DNA of 12,040 nt, taken from IMG/VR virus record IMGVR_UViG_3300035188_001315; one strand, 5' to 3'. The stretch comes from a virus. Taxonomy: Duplodnaviria; Heunggongvirae; Uroviricota; Caudoviricetes. The notes beneath the pieces are model-generated. The model had not been told where the DNA came from, ran no database searches, and saw nothing but the letters and a program-made list of their open reading frames with translations. Of the stretch, positions 1 to 6,601 are shown in pieces (within the stretch, counting starts at the first letter, position 1; each line of letters starts with the position of its first letter). The position numbers and the translations under genes are program-made.

Positions 1-42
1 AGAGAAAGTAGGAAAAAAATGATTATGGAGACCAAAAAATAG
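1..42 (+). CDS. Probable 3' end of an upstream gene (partial; ...RESRKKMIMETKK*)
   Basis: Frame 1 is open from the window start to TAG at 40-42, on the same strand as the downstream genes. Too short to be sure. Confidence 0.3.
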   Translation, partial: RESRKKMIMETKK

Positions 43-93
43 TATTTAGGTTATAATATTCATTTATCTCATCTTATTTTATAGGCGGAAAAA

Positions 94-531
94 ATGAATT
101 CACAACAACAAAAAACGATTGACGATATGTTAGCTTTAATGAGTTCTCCTGAATTTATTGAAAAAGAGAAAAAACGATTTAAAATGGAAAGAATTTTAAA
201 AGATAAACACATTTCAAAAATTAAATCGTTTTATTCATCTCCTGAGGAATTTCAAGATTTTACAAATTATAACATTCTTAGACACAACAGTGTGTGGGAT
301 CAAAAATGTTATGACTTGGGTTATCAACCTTACAACAAAAAATCAATGAATATCTTGTTTGATATTGCTTTTAATGAAGGGACAACTGAAACTATTGAGT
401 TAGATGAATTTACCACCACCTTTCCATCTCGTGTCTGTGAATATTATGGGTTCTACTTTGTCTATGTTTATGGTCAGGGAACAGTAAGTTGCATTTATAA
501 TTTAAACAAAGAATGTATCTACAGCACTTAG
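94..531 (+). CDS. Hypothetical phage protein (145 aa)
   Basis: ATG with AGGCGG upstream (83-88). TAG stop overlaps the next gene's AGGAG. C-terminal YGQGT motif; no family recognised. Confidence 0.8.
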   Translation: MNSQQQKTIDDMLALMSSPEFIEKEKKRFKMERILKDKHISKIKSFYSSPEEFQDFTNYNILRHNSVWDQKCYDLGYQPYNKKSMNILFDIAFNEGTTETIELDEFTTTFPSRVCEYYGFYFVYVYGQGTVSCIYNLNKECIYST

Positions 532-538
532 GAGAATA

Positions 539-796
539 ATGATGAATCCAAATTTCAGTACATGGATAACATTTTTAAATACTCATGAAGCAATGTCGTT
601 ATTACGAGCAGAGGACACAGAGTTTTATCCTGTTGATTCCACTGTTATTTTAATTTATGGTGGGTTTGTTTTAAAAAAAATAGTCATGGATTCAGTGAAT
701 GAATCGGTAATGGGATACAACTTTTATAACCAAGAAGAAAGTTTACTACACTCTGACCCCAATGACACCGTTACATTCACAAAAATTATTGATTGA
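539..796 (+). CDS. Hypothetical phage protein (85 aa)
   Basis: AGGAG at 530-534 before ATG ATG (539/542); tightly packed with neighbours. Confidence 0.75.
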   Translation: MMNPNFSTWITFLNTHEAMSLLRAEDTEFYPVDSTVILIYGGFVLKKIVMDSVNESVMGYNFYNQEESLLHSDPNDTVTFTKIID

Positions 797-807
797 AGGT
801 GATTGTG

Positions 808-1323
808 ATGACAAAAAATGAAAAAGAATTGTACGATGCGTTAGAACTACTGGTAGAGTATTCAACACTGGTGGTGCCTTATTTGTACACCAGTGGTTAT
901 CCTGGCAAATCAAAAATATTAGCAAATAAAATTGGTGGTGCATTAAAAGTAATGGAACGGTTTACCACTGTTAAAAAACCCAATTTTGTTATTGCCCCTG
1001 TAAATAACAGTGAATTTAACTATGTGGTGTTTTCTACAAATTCTACTAGCTTAAATGAATACCTTACTCAAATCATTCAGAGTTTACAAGATAGAAATGT
1101 AAACTATGCTTTGGTAGATTTAATGTGTCAAGATACAGTAACAGAAAATAATCGGTTTTTTGAACTCAGAGTAGAACCCTTTAGATTGTCCTCTATTGAA
1201 ATAAATGAATCTATGTTAGATTATTGTAATGTGTGGTATCAAAAAAATTTGGAATGGTTAGAAGACAGTAACACAATACAACAAAAATTATGTTTATTTT
1301 TAAGAAATGATATAGTAGGATAA
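808..1323 (+). CDS. RnlB/LsoB-family antitoxin-like protein with N-terminal extension (orphan, no toxin)
   Basis: Likely start is ATG 808 (GAAGGTGA at 795-802) rather than TTG 793. The C-terminal ~120 aa (YVVFSTNSTSLNEYLTQIIQSL...ALVDLMCQDTVTENNRFFEL...KNLEWLEDS) parallels the recalled RnlB pattern (VVMAT...EIETKL...LFDLLCANG..WNRFVTL...NHPEYLEAS). CDS is secure; family call is from memory. Confidence 0.6.
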   Translation: MTKNEKELYDALELLVEYSTLVVPYLYTSGYPGKSKILANKIGGALKVMERFTTVKKPNFVIAPVNNSEFNYVVFSTNSTSLNEYLTQIIQSLQDRNVNYALVDLMCQDTVTENNRFFELRVEPFRLSSIEINESMLDYCNVWYQKNLEWLEDSNTIQQKLCLFLRNDIVG

Positions 1324-1329
1324 AGATAT

Positions 1330-1884
1330 ATGGAAACAGAAAAAACAGCATTAACGGGACTTACCAACAATCAACTTGATTCCTTAGCAACCAAATTAAA
1401 CGAAACATTTTTCATTTCCAAAGAGGAATTTGTCGAGGTCTACAAAGAGTGGATTAAATTACAAGAGCCATTTGTTTTTTTACCCGACAGTGTTTTTGAT
1501 TTTGGTTGGGATTCTGCACCCGATTGGGCAAATTATCAATCACAAGATATGGATGGTGAATGGTATTGGCATCAATTTAAACCACGATTAGGAACCAACG
1601 AATGGATCCCCAATGGAAAAATTAAAAGTTGCAGACAACCTCAAGAAAATTGGGAACTTTCATTACGTGTTAGACAACCTAGGTTGGTGATGGAAGGACA
1701 AATATGGAAATGTGATACCAGTGATGAAAATAAAAATGGATTTAAAATTCATAATCTTTGTAAAACTTTATGGGATAATCAATGGATTGAGAGTGTTGTC
1801 TACCAATCACTGGATGATGATGCGTTATACTCTCGAACCTTAGAAAATTTTCTTAATAACTTTACCATGGTGCTAACCGAATGA
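1330..1884 (+). CDS. Mosaic phage hypothetical protein with APDWA..DxDGxWYW module and C-terminal DUF1653-like domain
   Basis: AGGA RBS at 1317-1320. Residues 60-115 carry the common phage W..APDWANY..QDMDGEWYW...P...W..SLR motif. Residues ~121-179 (VVYQSL....LYSRTLENFLNNF) resemble DUF1653. Confidence 0.7.
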   Translation: METEKTALTGLTNNQLDSLATKLNETFFISKEEFVEVYKEWIKLQEPFVFLPDSVFDFGWDSAPDWANYQSQDMDGEWYWHQFKPRLGTNEWIPNGKIKSCRQPQENWELSLRVRQPRLVMEGQIWKCDTSDENKNGFKIHNLCKTLWDNQWIESVVYQSLDDDALYSRTLENFLNNFTMVLTE

Positions 1885-2258
1885 AAAAAATAATGTTGTT
1901 GGCTTTTTTCTTATTAGCTGGGTGTGATTCAGTTACAAACGTACTAACGGGATGTGATGCTTTAGTTGCTGCCCATAAAACGGTGGATTTAGTACCATCA
2001 AAATCCACCTCTCATATTGATACTGATCTGATTATTGATAAGGTAGTTAACCACGATTCTATGTTGGAATTATCAAACAATCATAGAACTGCCAAATATC
2101 GAAAATCTTCGATAACAAAGATTGTATCTTTTTTTAACACAGACACAGGATTTGAAGAAATATCCATTAATGTCATCGGACAGGATGGTGCTTCAGAGTG
2201 GTTAACCAATAATATGGATATACGATTAAAAGTGCTTAATTCGATTGACAGTAAATAA
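1881..2258 (+). CDS. Lipoprotein (125 aa; lipobox LAGC, Asp at +2)
   Basis: MKK, hydrophobic core, then LAG-C15. ATGA start/stop overlap with the previous gene. Confidence 0.85.
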   Translation: MKKIMLLAFFLLAGCDSVTNVLTGCDALVAAHKTVDLVPSKSTSHIDTDLIIDKVVNHDSMLELSNNHRTAKYRKSSITKIVSFFNTDTGFEEISINVIGQDGASEWLTNNMDIRLKVLNSIDSK

Positions 2259-2286
2259 CGAGTAATACTGAGGTAGTTTGGAGAGA

Positions 2287-2433
2287 ATGATGAGTGGATT
2301 TATTTTAATATTACTACTGATTTTTTTAATACCCATTATTTTAAACGTGATATTATATACCCTATTATTTTTATTTTGGTGGTTTATTATACTGGGATTC
2401 ATCTGGTTTTTGCACCTAATCACTCATCTGTGA
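2287..2433 (+). CDS. Small two-TM membrane protein (48 aa), absent from the ORF track
   Basis: GGAGAG at 2280-2285, ATG 2287, TGA 2431-2433. Translation MMSGFILILLLIFLIPIILNVILYTLLFLFWWFIILGFIWFLHLITHL fills the gap on the coding strand. Confidence 0.75.
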   Translation: MMSGFILILLLIFLIPIILNVILYTLLFLFWWFIILGFIWFLHLITHL

Positions 2434-2484
2434 ACTCTAAATAAAAATGTATAATACTAACCAATTAACCTTTTAAGGAGACTT

Positions 2485-3345
2485 ATGCGAAGTTCTATTT
2501 TTTTAAATGAAATATCAGTTATCGATCATTCTTACATTGATGATACTGGGTTTTTACGTGGTGGTTCATTTCTTTGTTCGTTTATTGTAACCGGAGAAGT
2601 GGATGAAACCGAAAAAGTGGTTGTTGATTTCTCAACTATTAAAAAAGACATCAAAAATATCATTGATAAGCACAGTAGAAACCCAAATGAAAATGGTTTC
2701 GATCACCAACTATGGGTAATAAATGGTTACTCAGATTATACAAAAACACAAAATGGTAATGATGTTTATATTAGTACCCCAATTTGTAAATTACAAGCGC
2801 CAGGTCAATTTGTAAAAGAATTTAATGGGGTGAGTTATTTTAGTGCGGAACAGGCTATAGCCGATCATGTGTTAACTGCATTAAACGTCAATTACCCAAA
2901 TATCAATCTTTCAGTAGAATGTAAATTAAGTGAAACTCCCGTATTTCCACCATTTTCAACAAATTTCAATCACATTTTATTTAGATATGTTCATGGCTTA
3001 AAAGATAGTACCAGTATGGGTTGTAAGAATCTACATCATGGTCATCTAAGTTATATTTGTATTGAGGATACTCAGCATTTGTTGAAAATTCAAAGTGAAT
3101 TGCAATCTGTAATCTTTGTAAACGAACAAAATATTATTTCACAGGTAAATGATTTATTGGAAATCGGTTATGAAATTGATGGAGAAGGAGTATTTAACGC
3201 AAAATACGATACCTCAAAATTAAAAACTATTATTTTAAAGACAGAAACCACAATCGAATATTTACTTGAATATTTCATTCAACATTACGATATAACAGGT
3301 AAAGTATATATTTCTGAGGGATTGAACAAAGGTGCTTGTAACTAA
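2485..3345 (+). CDS. queD: QueD-like 6-carboxytetrahydropterin synthase, tandem T-fold (6-pyruvoyl-tetrahydropterin synthase-related)
   Basis: TAAGGAG RBS. N-half has VID..Y, VVDFSTIKK and FDH. C-half has YVHGLK...GCKNLHHGH (H170, C180, H185, H187), TTIE and terminal SEGLNKGA. This matches the ~290-aa double-domain PTPS/QueD type recalled from gammaproteobacteria such as Vibrio and Shewanella. Confidence 0.8.
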   Translation: MRSSIFLNEISVIDHSYIDDTGFLRGGSFLCSFIVTGEVDETEKVVVDFSTIKKDIKNIIDKHSRNPNENGFDHQLWVINGYSDYTKTQNGNDVYISTPICKLQAPGQFVKEFNGVSYFSAEQAIADHVLTALNVNYPNINLSVECKLSETPVFPPFSTNFNHILFRYVHGLKDSTSMGCKNLHHGHLSYICIEDTQHLLKIQSELQSVIFVNEQNIISQVNDLLEIGYEIDGEGVFNAKYDTSKLKTIILKTETTIEYLLEYFIQHYDITGKVYISEGLNKGACN

Positions 3346-3367
3346 TTTAAAATATTACCATAAATAA

Positions 3368-3396
3368 TTACTATATTGCCAAAAGTGTGGTATAAT
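3368..3396 (+). promoter_or_regulatory. Putative sigma70-type promoter with extended -10
   Basis: TGGTATAAT at 3388-3396 in an intergenic gap. Weak -35 TTACTA at 17-bp spacing. Confidence 0.5.
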
Positions 3397-3425
3397 ATAT
3401 CACACTTTTATATTGATAATACACT

Positions 3426-3779
3426 ATGAACGCAAAATATTACATCTATCGAAATTTACATCAAAAATCATTTTCCGTCCAATATAAAGGAAAGGTGATT
3501 GCTCATCCCACAAATTTTATTGCCCACAATTGTGAATTTAGAGTTTCCGAAAATGGTAGACAAAGAGTTTTATCGGAAAAACAGAAAAATGTTCATGCAA
3601 AAATTGCGTGTGAATGGTGGGAAATACCCACAGACAGTAGCAATTTGGTTGATGAAAACAACGATCGAATCTACTATGATCCCTATGTTACCAACCAATT
3701 TCAATTTTCTGGAAAGGATATATTTGTAGCATCACAGGTGGTTGGTATGCATGGAAAGGATATTTACAAAAAGGTATAA
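3426..3779 (+). CDS. Conserved phage hypothetical protein (YRNLH...SV...G.V...F.VSE.GRQRVL.EKQKNVHA family)
   Basis: Motif pattern recognised as widespread in large phages; function unknown. Confidence 0.8.
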   Translation: MNAKYYIYRNLHQKSFSVQYKGKVIAHPTNFIAHNCEFRVSENGRQRVLSEKQKNVHAKIACEWWEIPTDSSNLVDENNDRIYYDPYVTNQFQFSGKDIFVASQVVGMHGKDIYKKV

Positions 3780-3784
3780 TTATT

Positions 3785-4207
3785 ATGGCGACAATATATA
3801 ACGTAAGTTATAATGATATTAAAAAGGGGGATTTTTTTCACCCGCCTCCAAATAACCGCATGATTCTTATACAAATTGTTGATCCTTGTATGGATTTTCC
3901 AATTCCATTATGTGAACATACATTTTACGAAATACATCAATTTGAATTTTCCGATGTCGATTCACCTAACGACATCGTATGGCCGTTTAGATTTCGCATC
4001 GAACAAGCAAAAAAAATAATTCATATTTTAAAAACGGCAAAACTCAATGACGCAGATGTAATAATTCATTGTATAGCGGGCGTTAGTCGTTCGGGAGCTA
4101 TTGTTGAATTTGGAATACAAGAATTGAATTTTAGTGATTGCAACCTTTATCGACATCCAAATGCATATATGTTGCGAATATTAAAAAATTGTTTCAAGTA
4201 TAGATAA
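3785..4207 (+). CDS. Protein-tyrosine/dual-specificity phosphatase-like protein (CX5R), copy 1
   Basis: P-loop HCIAGVSRS at 4067-4093, upstream IQIVDP and FSD, C-terminal HPN. AAGGT RBS. Confidence 0.85.
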   Translation: MATIYNVSYNDIKKGDFFHPPPNNRMILIQIVDPCMDFPIPLCEHTFYEIHQFEFSDVDSPNDIVWPFRFRIEQAKKIIHILKTAKLNDADVIIHCIAGVSRSGAIVEFGIQELNFSDCNLYRHPNAYMLRILKNCFKYR

Positions 4208-4292
4208 ATTTAATAATGTTGTTTCAACATTTAACTGTTTTCATTTTGAAACATCAAAAAAACAATACTACAACATACTAGGATTAAAAATT

Positions 4293-4808
4293 ATGTTTTC
4301 ATTAAATATTAGTAAATTATCACCAGAGGAGTATTTTTCCATTTTATACAATTCCAATAAATCCGATGGTGAAGTAATGGAAAACCATTTATTGTATTAC
4401 AATTTAATTAGAAATAATGAGCTTATTAATAAATGTGTTGAATCGGATACAATTTATACAATAACTATCGGTTTTAAAAATGGGGAATATAGACTTTCAT
4501 CTAATAAACTATCGGATGTGTTAAATGCTGGTATAGTTTATACATTAGAAAACAATTTCACTATTTTTGATGGTGGATATGGGTTACATTTTAATGAATG
4601 TAATCTTTTCCAATGTACCAAAAATTTTTTAGAAACAATGGAAAGACTCAATAACAAACCTGATTTTATTAGTGCTGAGGAATATGCTGCAGCTATCAAA
4701 CATAAAAAATATTGGTTGTTTACCGGTCACAGAAATGGGGAATATTATTGCTACCATGCGTATGATGTTGAAAAATTATTATCACATGTTCTTAATAATT
4801 TAGTATAA
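4293..4808 (+). CDS. Hypothetical phage protein (171 aa) with possible internal duplication
   Basis: AGGA RBS at 4280-4283. Repeated S-x-EEY and G-x-[KR]-NGEY motifs. Confidence 0.8.
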   Translation: MFSLNISKLSPEEYFSILYNSNKSDGEVMENHLLYYNLIRNNELINKCVESDTIYTITIGFKNGEYRLSSNKLSDVLNAGIVYTLENNFTIFDGGYGLHFNECNLFQCTKNFLETMERLNNKPDFISAEEYAAAIKHKKYWLFTGHRNGEYYCYHAYDVEKLLSHVLNNLV

Positions 4809-4836
4809 TATATTAAATAATCAAAAAAATAATCTT

Positions 4837-5325
4837 ATGAAATTCATCAATACAGTTAAAACTGAAAAAATTCATTGTATCGTTTCAAAAATAGAAATTC
4901 AACACATTGACTCTACGGGATGTGTACTTATTTCAATTACCGATCCAGATAGTGATTATATTGGCATTACTATCCGAGAAAAATATGATGATGTGTTAAA
5001 TATTCAATTTTTTGATGTTACTGAGAATACTTTTGTTCAGATTAACTCAACCTCAAAATTACTGAGAGAACCCTTAACTTTTGAACAAGGGAGAGTAATC
5101 AAAGAATTTATCCTTAAAAACAAAGATAAAAAATTTGCAATCCATTGTTCTGCAGGTATTAGTAGAAGTGCCGCAGTTGGATGCGCAATCAATTGCTTAT
5201 TAGATTGTAATGGTGATATTTATGAATATCAAACTGGGTATTCATGTGCTGTAAAAAAACACAACCGGTATCACCCAAATAAAACGGTATTTGATAGAAT
5301 TATTGGAGTTGGAAATGTTAGTTGA
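4837..5325 (+). CDS. Protein-tyrosine/dual-specificity phosphatase-like protein (CX5R), copy 2
   Basis: P-loop HCSAGISRS at 5143-5169, upstream ISITDP and FFD, C-terminal HPN. Confidence 0.88.
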   Translation: MKFINTVKTEKIHCIVSKIEIQHIDSTGCVLISITDPDSDYIGITIREKYDDVLNIQFFDVTENTFVQINSTSKLLREPLTFEQGRVIKEFILKNKDKKFAIHCSAGISRSAAVGCAINCLLDCNGDIYEYQTGYSCAVKKHNRYHPNKTVFDRIIGVGNVS

Positions 5326-5545
5326 TTTATACGATTTTACAGAAACGATGAATTATATCAGTTTAATCAACGATTCAAAATTAGATGAATTGGTAATTTT
5401 GATTGATGGTGAAAAATTTAAAATCCCAGAGAATATTATTGCTGAATGGAAATATATTGGATTGAGTAATCGAGATTTATTACTATCAATCAATGAAGAA
5501 ACTAAGACCTGTGGTCCTAGTGAAATTAAATTAATTAAAATATAG
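5315..5545 (+). CDS. Hypothetical phage protein (76 aa)
   Basis: Start moved from 5291 to ATG 5315, preceded by GGAG at 5305-5308. Short overlap with the upstream stop. Confidence 0.7.
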   Translation: MLVDLYDFTETMNYISLINDSKLDELVILIDGEKFKIPENIIAEWKYIGLSNRDLLLSINEETKTCGPSEIKLIKI

Positions 5546-5554
5546 GTATCAATT

Positions 5555-5839
5555 ATGTATCATTTGATCGATGAAAAAGGTTATCACAGTGGGATTTATT
5601 ATTCGGAATTTCAAGGTGATGATTGGTTGGATTTAACAGATTATGAGCAACAGGTATTCAAATTTACAATTGATTATTGTATTGAGCATAAATTAAAAAT
5701 GTTTATTATTATGGCTACTTACAATAGCTGTGTTTCACTAGGAAAAATTTTTGTAAGTGAGGATGGTGTTAATCTACCAAAATCATATATGTTGTGGAAC
5801 ACACCAGAACATTATAAAAATTTTATTTTTGAACTTTAA
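5555..5839 (+). CDS. Hypothetical phage protein (94 aa)
   Basis: AGGT RBS at 5544-5547; compact packing. Confidence 0.75.
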   Translation: MYHLIDEKGYHSGIYYSEFQGDDWLDLTDYEQQVFKFTIDYCIEHKLKMFIIMATYNSCVSLGKIFVSEDGVNLPKSYMLWNTPEHYKNFIFEL

Positions 5840-5875
5840 CCAAATTTATTAAATTTTCGGAATAGGAATAGTATT

Positions 5876-6460
5876 ATGAAAACATGCACATATACATTAA
5901 TGCTGGTTATTACAACTATGGGTGTTACAGGTTGTAGCGATGACGAAAAGCAACAACAATTATTGGCTAAGCAAAATCAACAGTTCCAACAACAACAATA
6001 TGCTCCTCAAATACCACAAGCGGTTCAACAGCCTCCAGTAATTATTAATAACAGTCAACCACAACAACAGGATTCAACCTTTACAAATTTAGCTGCTGGT
6101 GCTGCGTTAGGAGCAGTTGCGGCAAATTTAGCAAACAACAATGACAATAACCGAGTAATTGAAAAACATTACATTGAAAATCCACACAATACAATACCTC
6201 ACAAGAGTTATTTTCAACAACCGCAGAACGTACCAATTTCAAACACACAACAATTAAATAGTGCACAATCTCAAACTGTACCACCAACACCGGCTAAAGT
6301 TGAAAAAAATTATATGGATACGAATAAATTAGCTGATTCTGCCAAATATTCGCCACAACACAATAATTCATCACCATTAGGTGCGACATTAAATAAATCG
6401 GTTACACGTTCATCAGGAATGAATATGTCCAAACTAGCACAATCAACACGAAAAAAATAA
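5876..6460 (+). CDS. Q/N-rich, largely disordered lipoprotein with glycine-zipper-like segment (194 aa)
   Basis: Lipobox VTG-C20 with Ser at +2. Poly-Q tracts, LAAGAALGAVAANLA helix and a basic C-terminus. AGGA RBS. Confidence 0.82.
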   Translation: MKTCTYTLMLVITTMGVTGCSDDEKQQQLLAKQNQQFQQQQYAPQIPQAVQQPPVIINNSQPQQQDSTFTNLAAGAALGAVAANLANNNDNNRVIEKHYIENPHNTIPHKSYFQQPQNVPISNTQQLNSAQSQTVPPTPAKVEKNYMDTNKLADSAKYSPQHNNSSPLGATLNKSVTRSSGMNMSKLAQSTRKK

Positions 6461-6471
6461 AAAATCGTAGA

Positions 6472-6510
6472 TTGAAAAGGTTGGTTAATTTTAATTATCA
6501 ACCTTTTCAA
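6472..6510. terminator. 12-bp perfect inverted repeat (probable terminator or operator)
   Basis: TTGAAAAGGTTG (6472-6483) / CAACCTTTTCAA (6499-6510) with 15-nt spacer, 12 nt after a stop codon. No clear U-tract on the + strand. Confidence 0.6.
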
Positions 6511-6536
6511 AAATTATTTAACAATCATTTTTAAAG

Positions 6537-6542
6537 TATAAT
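6537..6542 (+). promoter_or_regulatory. Possible -10 box for the 661-aa/132-aa operon
   Basis: TATAAT in the intergenic gap after the hairpin. No good -35, and TATAAT is common at this AT content. Confidence 0.3.
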
Positions 6543-6601
6543 AATATAGATGTTTAATCAAGTAAACAAATATTTTTTAATCTACAATGTGAGTTACTAT
6601 T

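Noticed and set aside
746-943. Minus-strand 65-aa ORF
   Set aside because: Lies antisense across two well-supported + strand genes; no RBS or recognisable motif.
2226-2423. Minus-strand 65-aa ORF
   Set aside because: Antisense shadow of the 48-aa membrane peptide; its N/K/I bias mirrors hydrophobic codons. No RBS, and it opposes the local gene direction.
1881-2433. Spanin (Rz/Rz1) pair
   Set aside because: Order is reversed (lipoprotein first), the TM peptide has no periplasmic coiled coil, the lipoprotein has Asp+2, and it is far from the endolysin.
3499-3729. Alternative-frame 76-aa ORF
   Set aside because: Entirely inside the conserved 117-aa gene in another frame.
4215-4281. Small hairpin AATGTTG-TTT-CAACATT and a 21-codon ORF in the gap
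   Set aside because: A weak AT-rich 7-bp stem and a very short ORF without RBS are both expected by chance.
3771-4809. GTATAAT overlapping the stop codon upstream of both phosphatase genes (3774-3780, 4803-4809)
   Set aside because: Explained by Val-stop codons (GTA TAA) plus T. TATAAT is expected many times per strand at this AT content.
5940-6070. CAA-rich quasi-repeats as CRISPR or tandem repeat
   Set aside because: They are simply Gln codons; no repeat-spacer periodicity.
6081-6510. Minus-strand ORFs 6081-6290 and 6310-6510
   Set aside because: Antisense to the Q/N-rich lipoprotein; the V/L/C bias is the complement of CAA/AAC repeats.
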